Shown here: in pieces, positions 9,914-18,049 of the stretch | Position numbering within the stretch: position 1 is the stretch's first letter | Layout of the letters: each line of letters opens with the position of its first letter | From: Acidobacteriota bacterium | Lineage (GTDB): Bacteria; Acidobacteriota; Blastocatellia; Pyrinomonadales; Pyrinomonadaceae | Assembly: GCA_023415725.1 (NCBI GenBank) | Contig: JAEZJR010000271.1 | Span: 1-54,520, forward strand | Direction of reading: 5' to 3' | DNA: 54,520 nt | Translations under genes and position numbers: made by a program | Notes under the pieces: model-generated | Seen by the model: the letters and a program-made list of their open reading frames with translations, nothing else | Told to the model about the DNA's origin: nothing | Database searches by the model: none

Positions 9914-11268
9914 TGCAGCACAAGATCCTAATTGTCGACGACGAACCAGGTATCCGCGATACTTTGCAGGCGGTTCTGGAAGACGAAGGGTTCGCGATAA
10001 GCACCGCGGCCTCGGGGGAGGCCTGTCTTGATGCCTTAAGTCAACAGACCTTCGCCTGTGTATTGCTTGATGTTTGGCTTGGTGACGGAATAGACGGTCT
10101 GGAAACTCTAAGGCGGATTAGAGTGGAGGGGCACGATCCGGCGGTCGTGATGATCTCGGGCCATGGAAATATCGAGACCGCCGTAAGATCGACCAAGCTT
10201 GGGGCGTTCGACTTCATCGAAAAGCCTCTAAGCCTGGAGCGGACGGTGATAACGGTCAAGAACGCCATCCGGCAACGCCAGCTCGAACGGTCGAACATAC
10301 AACTCCAGCAGGAACTCGCAGACGAATACGTGATGGTGGGCGAATCGGTCGCGATGAGGGCTTTGAGGAAGCAAATATCGATCGTCGCGCCGTCGGACGG
10401 GCGAGTCCTTGTCTCAGGCGAAAGCGGGACCGGAAAGGAATTGGTCGCAAGGTCTATTCACACGCAATCCAAACGGAGAGCCGCACCGTTCGTGGAGATA
10501 AACTCCGCCGCTATTCCTGAGGAACTCGTCGAGTCGGAACTATTCGGCCACGCCAAGGGTGCGTTCTCAGGCGCGATGAACGCGAAGAAAGGGAAGTTTG
10601 AAATTGCCGACGGGGCGACCCTCTTTCTGGATGAGATCGGAGACATGTCCCCACGGGTCCAGGCAAAAATGTTGCGGGTGCTTGAAGAGCAGCGTTTCGA
10701 GCCTGTCGGTAGCAACACGCCGATCAAAGTAGACGTCAGGGTGATATCCGCTACCAACAAACGGTTGGAGGACCTGATAGAAAACGGGAACTTCCGCCAC
10801 GATCTGTTTTATCGCCTCAATGTGATCCCATTTCAAGTGCCTCCCCTACGCGAGAGACTCGAGGACGTGCCTTTGTTACTCGATCATTTCAATCGCAAGT
10901 TCTCGAGGGACAACGGTCACCAGCCTAAGAACTTCCAGCCGGAAGCCGTAGAGCGTCTTCAAAACCATACGTGGCCCGGCAACGTGCGCGAGCTCAAGAA
11001 CACGGTCGAGCGGGTGATCATTATGAGTTCAAAAGAGCAGATCGGCCCGGAGGACTTGCCCGAACTAGGATTCACCGAAGAGCGTCCAGCGTCTAGCTTT
11101 CGGTTCCCATCGTTCAAGGCGGCCACGGATGCTTACCAACGTGAGTTCATCCTTCACAAGCTCGCCCAGCACAGCGGGAACGTCAGTAAGGCGGCCGAGG
11201 AGATGGGCGTCGACCGGAGCCATCTCTATCGCAGGATGAGGAGCTTAGGAATTAAGGAAAATAAGTAA
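9913..11268 (+). CDS. Sigma-54-dependent response regulator (NtrC/NtrX family enhancer-binding protein)
   Basis: The ATG at 9913 shares its A with the kinase TGA (TGATG). Receiver domain (ILIVDDEPGIRD, LLDVWL). AAA+ domain with GESGTGKE, a GAFSGA loop (GAFTGA variant) and LFLDEIGD. C-terminal Fis-type HTH (NVSKAAEEMGVDRSHLYRRM). Confidence 0.92.
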   Translation: MQHKILIVDDEPGIRDTLQAVLEDEGFAISTAASGEACLDALSQQTFACVLLDVWLGDGIDGLETLRRIRVEGHDPAVVMISGHGNIETAVRSTKLGAFDFIEKPLSLERTVITVKNAIRQRQLERSNIQLQQELADEYVMVGESVAMRALRKQISIVAPSDGRVLVSGESGTGKELVARSIHTQSKRRAAPFVEINSAAIPEELVESELFGHAKGAFSGAMNAKKGKFEIADGATLFLDEIGDMSPRVQAKMLRVLEEQRFEPVGSNTPIKVDVRVISATNKRLEDLIENGNFRHDLFYRLNVIPFQVPPLRERLEDVPLLLDHFNRKFSRDNGHQPKNFQPEAVERLQNHTWPGNVRELKNTVERVIIMSSKEQIGPEDLPELGFTEERPASSFRFPSFKAATDAYQREFILHKLAQHSGNVSKAAEEMGVDRSHLYRRMRSLGIKENK

Positions 11269-11269
11269 G

Positions 11270-11299
11270 AAAAACGCCTCCGATCAAGGAGGCGTTTTT
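11270..11299. terminator. Bidirectional terminator hairpin between convergent genes
   Basis: AAAACGCCTCC (11271-11281) / GGAGGCGTTTT (11288-11298) with a 6-nt loop. A/T runs on both sides. Confidence 0.7.
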
Positions 11300-11318
11300 A
11301 CCAGATTTCAATGTTCGA

Positions 11319-13505
11319 TCAATTTTCTGCCTTGGACACTGGAAAGCCGCGCTTCTTCATGAGTGCCTCGACCTTCGGATCCCTACCCCTGAATTTACGG
11401 TAGGCCTCAGCCGGATCGACGGTATTGCCAATGGAGAAGATATTCTTCACCAGGCTCGCCCCTACGGCTTTGTCATAAGGCCCCTTGCCTTCTGTAAACG
11501 CCCCAAAAGCATCAGCAGTCAGGACATCGGACCACAGATAACTGTAGTACCCGGCAGAATAGCCGTCGCTCGAAAACGCGTGAGCAAACTGCGGAGTCCG
11601 ATGGCGCATCACCAATTCCTTCGGCATCCCGAGAGCCGCGAGCGTTTCGCGTTCGAACTTGTCCGGATCGATCTTCTGTGAGCCGGCCAAGTGCAGTTTC
11701 ATATCAACCAGGGCGCTTGAAAGATACTCAGTTGTATCGAAACCCTCATTGAACGTTGAGGCCTTGTTGATCTTGTCGACCAGTTCCTGCGGGATCGGCT
11801 TACCGGTTTGATAGTGCACGGCGTATTTTTGTAGTACTTCCGGCGTGGCAAGCCAATGCTCAAGGAGCTGCGAGGGGAACTCAACGAAATCGCGAGAAAC
11901 ATTAGTTCCCGACAATGACCTATAGTTTACATTGGACGAAAGCCCGTGTAGAGCATGACCGAATTCGTGAAACATGGTCGTAGCGTCGTCCCACGAAATA
12001 AGGACCGGCTCGCCCGGTTTACCCTTAACAAAATTCGAGTTATTGGAAACGATCGTCGTTATCTCTTTGTCGAACCGTTCCTGGGACCGGTAAGCATTCA
12101 TCCATGCACCAGAACGTTTCCCATCACGTGCGTATGGGTCGAAGTACCAGAGTCCAATGTGTTTACCACTGGTCTTGTCCTTGACCTCCCATACAGTAAC
12201 GTCAGGGTGATAGACAGGGACATCTTTGACTGGCGTAAACGAGAAATTGAACAGTTCTCCCGCAACGAAGAACATCGCATCACGGATCTTGTCTAGTTGA
12301 AGATAAGGTTTAACTTCGTTCTGGTCGAGGTCGTACTTCTCCTTTCTGACCTTCTCCGCGTAAAAACGGTAATCCCATGGTTCGATCGTGATCTTTGCTC
12401 CTTCCTTATTCGCGGCCGACTGCATGTCAGCGACTTCTTCTTTGACTCGGGCGACGGCGGCGGGCCAAACTGTCTCCATCAGCTTAAGCGTGTTTTCGGG
12501 CGTTTTGGCCATCTGATTCTCCAACCGCCAGTGGGCATGGGTCTGATAGCCGAGAAGTTTCGCTCTCTCCGCACGAAGCTGAAGGATCTCGGAAATCACG
12601 GCGTTGTTGTCGTACTCATTGCCGTTATCGCCGCGATTGATGAACATCTTCCAAACCCTTTCGCGAAGATCGCGACGCGTCGAATACGTCAGGAATGGAT
12701 CGACCGAAGAACGGGTATTAACGATAATGCCTGCGGCGTTCGGCACCTTCTTCGATGCTGCCGCTGCGGCAGACGCATTTCTGAGCGATTGGGGCAGCCC
12801 CGCCATATCTGCGTCGGTTGCGAGGACCACATACTGATTGTTTTCTTCAGCGAGTAAGTTCTGGCCGAATTTTGTAAAGAGCCCGGCGAGTTGCTGGTTG
12901 ATCTCCGAAAGTCGCTTTTTGTCCGCCGCGTTCAGTTTCGCTCCCGACCTAACGAAATTGGTGTAATAGAGCCACGACAGACGCTGCTGTTCGGGAGTTA
13001 ACATGGCCTTTTCAGGTGAGCTGTAAACCGCCTCGATCCGCTTGAACAGAGCCTCGTTCTGATTGATCTTGTCGTTGAAGGCGGCCAGCTTCGGTGCCAT
13101 GTCCCGCTGGACGGTCTGAAATTCAGGAGTCGACATATTACCACCCCAAATTCCATAAATGGTCGAGACACGGTCGAGCGTTCGGCCCGCCCGTTCCATC
13201 GCAGCTATAGTGTTTTCGAAGTTCGGCGCATCAGCGTTATTCGCGATCTTTTCGATCTCGGCGAGTTTTTCAGCCATCGCCGCCTCGAGTGCAGGCTTGA
13301 AGTACTCGATCTTAACCTTGTCAAAAGGCGGGATCCCTCCATACGGCCCCTGCCATTCGACAAGCAGCGGATTGGTTTCGGCTGACGAAATCGGTTCTGT
13401 TGCCATAAACACTGAAATTGAAAGAAAAGTTACAACTAAGCCTATCAGTGGTAGTTGCCGAGTGTGACTCTTGACCTTTGTCTTCATGCTCACGTTTGAT
13501 GCCAT
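11319..13505 (-). CDS. dcp: M3-family peptidyl-dipeptidase (dipeptidyl carboxypeptidase Dcp-like), secreted
   Basis: ~728 aa. Zinc motif FHEFGHALHG, M3 family size, N-terminal hydrophobic signal segment. ATG at 13505, with an in-frame TTG one codon upstream. Confidence 0.9.
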   Translation of the reverse strand: MASNVSMKTKVKSHTRQLPLIGLVVTFLSISVFMATEPISSAETNPLLVEWQGPYGGIPPFDKVKIEYFKPALEAAMAEKLAEIEKIANNADAPNFENTIAAMERAGRTLDRVSTIYGIWGGNMSTPEFQTVQRDMAPKLAAFNDKINQNEALFKRIEAVYSSPEKAMLTPEQQRLSWLYYTNFVRSGAKLNAADKKRLSEINQQLAGLFTKFGQNLLAEENNQYVVLATDADMAGLPQSLRNASAAAAASKKVPNAAGIIVNTRSSVDPFLTYSTRRDLRERVWKMFINRGDNGNEYDNNAVISEILQLRAERAKLLGYQTHAHWRLENQMAKTPENTLKLMETVWPAAVARVKEEVADMQSAANKEGAKITIEPWDYRFYAEKVRKEKYDLDQNEVKPYLQLDKIRDAMFFVAGELFNFSFTPVKDVPVYHPDVTVWEVKDKTSGKHIGLWYFDPYARDGKRSGAWMNAYRSQERFDKEITTIVSNNSNFVKGKPGEPVLISWDDATTMFHEFGHALHGLSSNVNYRSLSGTNVSRDFVEFPSQLLEHWLATPEVLQKYAVHYQTGKPIPQELVDKINKASTFNEGFDTTEYLSSALVDMKLHLAGSQKIDPDKFERETLAALGMPKELVMRHRTPQFAHAFSSDGYSAGYYSYLWSDVLTADAFGAFTEGKGPYDKAVGASLVKNIFSIGNTVDPAEAYRKFRGRDPKVEALMKKRGFPVSKAEN

Positions 13506-14605
13506 CAATTTGAGAAAAAATCCTTTAATTCCATCCAGGAATACCGCATGATCGCATCGAAGTCGACCCCGGTTTGGCAGAGTTCATAAAGTGCATCGCC
13601 CGAATTTTCACCTAATTCGACGAATAGGTTCGCCGGGCCGCTTTTCATTCGCCTGACCAAGGGAGTCAGGCGATTAGTTAAGATGTCAACATTGACCCTT
13701 CCGGCTGCCGCCATTTCTGCGCCGCTTGTAACAATCGATACCACAGAGTCGACCGCAACGCCGCCGAGACCGATGGGATCGACAGCACGCAGGGTCTTGA
13801 ACAGCATACTGTTCTTCCTTGTTTGCTCCGGAACGATACCGTCAAGTAAGGAGCCAACACCCTCTACCATCGCCGCCCACGGCACCGCCTTGCCCATCGC
13901 GAACTTGTAGAGTTCTGTCGCTATCGGGCCTGGATCGCCGCGTCGGGCGTGTTGGATACATTCGATGACCGTGACGAGCAGTCCGACAGAAGTAGCAACA
14001 TCCCCCAAGCCTTTTATGCACTTTCCAAACTTGCTCGTGGGCGAAGCGAGGGCTTCGAATAAAACTAGAGCGTCTTTGTCCAATTTGGCCACGGCCGCGA
14101 GAACGGTTGGCATTTGGGTACGAGCGCCTTTCGTAATTTGGAACAACTCGATCCAGAATGCTGCGACCTGCCTGGCGTCTTCGGCTCGTTGGATCGTGCC
14201 TAGGAAATTCTTGAAGGGGGGGATCTTGTTGCTTTCGATGTCGTCGAGAAAGGCTGCCCACTGATTCGCCATTCCCTTTTTGGCGAACTCCTCCTGCATT
14301 TCCGTCTTGAATTTTGCGGCTCCGACAGCGGGAGGGCCAGGGACTGCTGGCGTAGGTGGCGCTGGTATGGATGGGATTCCCGGAGCGAAATTGTTTCCAT
14401 TCAATTTAGCAAGCGTTTTCGGGCCGGCAACACCATCGACAGTGAGCGGTGGGTGTTTACGTTGGAACTTACACACCCAATCCCGGGTTTTGGGGCCGAA
14501 TACGCCGTCAGTTTTTAGTTGAGGAAACTCCGTTGGGAGCGCCCGGTTCAAATCTGATTGAAGCTTCATTACCTCGTTCCCTCTGGAACCTTGCCGAAGT
14601 GACAT
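13505..14605 (-). CDS. Peptidoglycan-binding-domain protein with an uncharacterised helical C-terminal domain
   Basis: The N-terminus matches the PG_binding_1 pattern (GSRGNEVMKLQSDLN...DGVFGPKTRDWVCKFQ...VDGVAGPKTLAKL). A Pro-rich linker follows, then ~270 aa with no motif I recognise. GGAGG sits ~10 nt before the ATG. The stop overlaps the dcp start (TGATG). Confidence 0.75.
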   Translation of the reverse strand: MSLRQGSRGNEVMKLQSDLNRALPTEFPQLKTDGVFGPKTRDWVCKFQRKHPPLTVDGVAGPKTLAKLNGNNFAPGIPSIPAPPTPAVPGPPAVGAAKFKTEMQEEFAKKGMANQWAAFLDDIESNKIPPFKNFLGTIQRAEDARQVAAFWIELFQITKGARTQMPTVLAAVAKLDKDALVLFEALASPTSKFGKCIKGLGDVATSVGLLVTVIECIQHARRGDPGPIATELYKFAMGKAVPWAAMVEGVGSLLDGIVPEQTRKNSMLFKTLRAVDPIGLGGVAVDSVVSIVTSGAEMAAAGRVNVDILTNRLTPLVRRMKSGPANLFVELGENSGDALYELCQTGVDFDAIMRYSWMELKDFFSN

Positions 14606-14907
14606 CTAAAATTGACCTCCAAAGTTTCTTATTGATTAATTTCTTCCTTCGACGGGGATGTCCGTCTCGGTGAATGTTCGCGGTAAAACAATGATCACAA
14701 TAAAACTCTGCAAGAATCCCCAAAGTGTCCTAGGTGCGTTTCAGAACACAAAAGCTCAGAGTATTATTTTCGTTAAATTAACAGTGCTATTGGCTTAGCG
14801 GATTCCGTTTACTGTGTAACACACTGACGGATGGTGTACAAACGACGTGTTTTCCACGTATGCTTCTCATTTAACGGAACAAGTTTCTAAACTCTAACGC
14901 GAATTAC

Positions 14908-15807
14908 ATGATGAAAGTGTTTCTAACTCTTTTAGTATTTCTGGCTGGATGTTCAATTGCCCATTCACAGAATTTCGAGCCGCGGTCTGAAACGGTTAAA
15001 AGTGCTCAGCTCGAGTTTCAACGGCGGTTGATGCAGCGTGGTCCGAAGGCGGCATTCACGGAGTTCCTCTCGGACGACGCGGTGATCTTCCAACCGGACG
15101 CCATTAACGGCAAGCAATATTGGAGTTCTTTAAAGACCGAACCGGAAGGGAAGTTAAAGAGAGAAATGCTGTATATCGATATGGCTTCAACCGGGCTCTT
15201 GGGTTATGCGACCGGTAATTGGGAGTGGACACCAAAGGGCCGTACTAGCCCGACACAGCGTGGTCAGTTTGTTACCGTATGGGGTCAGCGTCAGGGCGGC
15301 CGGTTCAAGGCTGTCCTTGATATTGCAACGACGGAAGATCCGGACATCGTCGAACGTGATAAGGATCGAATTCCATCTATCGGCCGGGGCGAGCTTAACA
15401 AACGAGGATGGTCTGCAGCCGACCCTTCGATGAATTTTCTGAAACGGGCAATGGGTGGCGAGCGCCTTGGAGGGGCGTATGAAGCGTTCGCCGCCAAAGA
15501 AATTCGACTTTTAAGGGAAGGGGATCCACCGATCGTCGGACGAAAGCGTGTCGTCGAAGAGACCCAGGAATATCGGTCGATAACCTACCCAAAGAGGGTA
15601 GTTCTTAATGAATCTGCTGATATGGCCTACGTTTGGAACCCATGCGAATATGCCGACAGCGACGAGGGCGTAGAACGCGGAAATTGCCTTCATATTTGGA
15701 AGCTGCGTGATAAGAGTTGGAACATCACCTTAGGAGTGCTGTCACGAGTCCGTAATATGAAGAAGCCCGAGTTGAAGGTCCGGCCAAAAATGACCGTCAA
15801 GAATTAG
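14908..15807 (+). CDS. Lipoprotein with two tandem NTF2-like (DUF4440/SnoaL-like) halves
   Basis: Signal peptide with lipobox LAGC. Two repeats of the pattern F..DDAV.F.P...GxFVTVW...GGRFKAVLD and GNCLHIWKLRDKSWNITLGVL. Confidence 0.65.
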   Translation: MMKVFLTLLVFLAGCSIAHSQNFEPRSETVKSAQLEFQRRLMQRGPKAAFTEFLSDDAVIFQPDAINGKQYWSSLKTEPEGKLKREMLYIDMASTGLLGYATGNWEWTPKGRTSPTQRGQFVTVWGQRQGGRFKAVLDIATTEDPDIVERDKDRIPSIGRGELNKRGWSAADPSMNFLKRAMGGERLGGAYEAFAAKEIRLLREGDPPIVGRKRVVEETQEYRSITYPKRVVLNESADMAYVWNPCEYADSDEGVERGNCLHIWKLRDKSWNITLGVLSRVRNMKKPELKVRPKMTVKN

Positions 15808-15829
15808 AACGTTTCGAGGTTACAAAGGA

Positions 15830-16867
15830 TCAAGCTGGAATATGGAATTTTGAATAATCGGCAAGATATGTCCGCTCCCCAAGGACGCCATTTTTCAGGC
15901 TAACGTTCCGGCCGATATGGCAGCCGTGTCCTATCACGGACGCACTCACGTCAGCACTTGCCGAGATCAGGGAGTTCGACCAAACGACCGAGTTCTCTAT
16001 GACTGCTGAGTCCTCTATCCGCGTGCCGGAGCCAATCACTGAATTCACAATTCGGGCTCCCTTTGCGATCTCGCAATCCTTGCTGACAAGGACGTTTGAG
16101 GGGAAACTGCTTCCACTTTCTAATTGAGCGGGATCGCCCTGCAATCTAACTACCCCAGATAATATATCTAGATGCGCTGCTAAGTAGCTGTGCGGCGAGC
16201 CTATGTCCCTCCAATAATTTCCCGACATCACGTAACCGAAGAATGGGATGTTTTCCGTCAACAAATATGGAAACACGTCATATTCAAAAGAAGCGTTGTT
16301 CCCAAAGGGGACCAATTGGAGGACCTCCGGTTCCAGAACATAAATTCCTGCGTTGATATTGGTTGAGCCAATTCGAGCGGCCTCTTCGGAGGTTGGTTTT
16401 TCAACGAACCGATGAACTCTAGCTTCCTGGTCCGTAACTACGACTCCGTAAGCGGAAGGGTCTTGTACCGGGAATAAAGCAATCGTCGCTTTTGCCTTGT
16501 TTTTATGATGGAACTGCACTACACGTGCTATGTCTACGTCCGTGAACACGTCACCGTTCAGAACGACCAGCGTGTCTTGTATGTCTCCAGCAGCAAAGCG
16601 GCAGGCTCCGGCAGTACCCAATGGATTCGGTTCCGTAACAAATCGTAACCTCGCCCCTATGCTCGAGCCGTCGCCGAGTATGGATTCGATCTTATCAGGT
16701 TGATAATTCAGCGACAGGGTCACGTCTTTGATCCCTGCCCTGATCAATCCCTGGATCTGGTAATGAACGAATGGCCGATTCATTAGCGGAACGATCGGTT
16801 TTGGTATTTGAGTAGTGAGCGGACGCAAGCGGGTACCCTTACCGCCAGCCAAGATCAATGCCTGCAT
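15830..16867 (-). CDS. NDP-sugar pyrophosphorylase, probably mannose-1-phosphate guanylyltransferase
   Basis: Start chosen at MQALILAGGKGTRLRPLT (GxGxR signature). The N-terminal nucleotidyltransferase fold is followed by hexapeptide-repeat beta-helix sequence (NSVIGSGTRIEDSAVIENSVVWSN). The 43-codon upstream extension in the ORF track looks non-coding. Confidence 0.85.
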   Translation of the reverse strand: MQALILAGGKGTRLRPLTTQIPKPIVPLMNRPFVHYQIQGLIRAGIKDVTLSLNYQPDKIESILGDGSSIGARLRFVTEPNPLGTAGACRFAAGDIQDTLVVLNGDVFTDVDIARVVQFHHKNKAKATIALFPVQDPSAYGVVVTDQEARVHRFVEKPTSEEAARIGSTNINAGIYVLEPEVLQLVPFGNNASFEYDVFPYLLTENIPFFGYVMSGNYWRDIGSPHSYLAAHLDILSGVVRLQGDPAQLESGSSFPSNVLVSKDCEIAKGARIVNSVIGSGTRIEDSAVIENSVVWSNSLISASADVSASVIGHGCHIGRNVSLKNGVLGERTYLADYSKFHIPA

Positions 16868-17567
16868 TTGGTTTTTATCAGACCTCCAGTAGTTCTTGAT
16901 CTCAAAATACGGAAGTTGCCATAAAACACGTCGTAAACTCTCAAGTCCGCAATTGCCATGAATCCAACGGCCGATCCAACTTCCGTGCCGTCCCACAATC
17001 TGGACAACGATGCAAAATGGGCCTTTGGCTTAGGCTAAAAAGAGAACTGCCATCCAGATCAATTGTTCCTTCGCCTTACCACTAAAGTCGGGCTCCCGAA
17101 AAAACTCTCCGAACCTAAGGGCCAATTTAACCATGCGCCTGAATGTTTCGATCGTGTAAGTAAAACAGACCAAACCAGTCCGAAAGGTATTGCCGGCTAC
17201 ATTATTTGTGTTGGCACCTTTGGCGAATCGGTAAGCGAGCGAGGGTTTTCATCCAGGCCTGCAACCTATTGAAAGCGCAAAACTTCTATTTCTCAATTTC
17301 CTGACAGAAAGTTGTCAATTATGTCATTTGGAATACAAAGAGGAAGCGTTCCAGTAAATAGATTCACTTACATACCCGGAATTGTTGAACTTAGGGCGGC
17401 CTCCATTCGGTAATGGAACCACCAAAATTCGCCCTTATCCGCACATTCGAAAAGTTTGTTCCGGGATCAATCGATCGAGTTCGTGTTGAGCGCATTGCGC
17501 GGTTCATCACTTGGCTTTCGGGTCTTTCGACCGGCTTTACCTAGTCGACCGGTCACTGTGAGGTAAT

Positions 17568-17966
17568 ATGATTAAGAAACCATTTCGCTATCTTTTCGCA
17601 GCGGCAGTTGTGCTCACGCTGTCTTCCGTGGCCGGTAATGTATATGCCCAGCCGGAACGAAGGGCCATCTGCCATGCGACGAGTTCGGCTTCCAATCCGT
17701 ACAATTATCTGGTACTGCCACCGTCCGGCCTCAGCACACACTTAGACGACAACGGGTCACCTTTGGCGGGCCACGAACAGGATTTCTTTCCCGTTGATTC
17801 TGATTGCGATAGGAGCAACGACCCGGGTGGGAACGGAGAACCGCCGCCGACCACCGTACCAGAGCCCATCACGATGCTTCTATTCGGGACTGGACTCGCT
17901 GGCGTAGGTTACGTCTCTCGCCGGTATCTCAGGAAACGTGGTGACGAGAACGACATCGACGAGTAA
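17568..17966 (+). CDS. Small secreted PEP-CTERM sorting-signal protein (putative exosortase cargo)
   Basis: Signal peptide (…SVAGNVYA/QPE). C-terminal VPEP + hydrophobic helix ITMLLFGTGLAGVGYV + basic cluster RRYLRKR, which is the PEP-CTERM signal. GAGG lies 6 nt before the ATG. The gene sits directly upstream of the exosortase. Confidence 0.9.
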   Translation: MIKKPFRYLFAAAVVLTLSSVAGNVYAQPERRAICHATSSASNPYNYLVLPPSGLSTHLDDNGSPLAGHEQDFFPVDSDCDRSNDPGGNGEPPPTTVPEPITMLLFGTGLAGVGYVSRRYLRKRGDENDIDE

Positions 17967-17991
17967 TTTGAATGAACCCCATTTGAAGCCG

Positions 17992-18025
17992 GAGGTGTTC
18001 TAGTTCCATCCAATTAGAACACCTC
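17992..18025 (+). terminator. Stem-loop between cargo gene and exosortase (possible partial terminator or attenuator)
   Basis: Perfect 11-bp stem GAGGTGTTCTA (17992-18002) / TAGAACACCTC (18015-18025) with a 12-nt loop. There is no strong T-run afterwards. Confidence 0.4.
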
Positions 18026-18049
18026 TACTTGTAAAAACCCGTCAACCCC

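Noticed and set aside
14813-14823. Short palindrome TGTGTaACACA in the divergent spacer upstream of the NTF2-like lipoprotein gene, considered as a transcription-factor site.
   Set aside because: The half-sites are only 5 bp, it occurs once, and it does not match the spacing of CRP/FNR-type sites (TGTGA-N6-TCACA).
17212-17226. Exact TGGCAC hexamer (a possible sigma-54 -24 box) in the long spacer upstream of the PEP-CTERM gene.
   Set aside because: The downstream GC dinucleotide is two positions too close (TGGCAC-CTTTG-GCGA) and there is no TTGC. The site also lies within the putative transposase relic, ~350 nt from the start codon.
17063-17272. 69-codon plus-strand ORF in the 700-bp spacer.
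   Set aside because: No RBS and no motifs. It is antisense to the more protein-like transposase-relic frame.
17311-17320. Identical 10-mer GTTGTCAATT upstream of both the PEP-CTERM gene (17311-17320) and the beta-helix gene (44361-44370), considered as a shared operator or -35 region.
   Set aside because: Only 10 nt are shared and the flanks diverge immediately. The distances to the start codons differ (~250 vs ~90 nt). A single shared 10-mer among AT-richer spacers is within chance.
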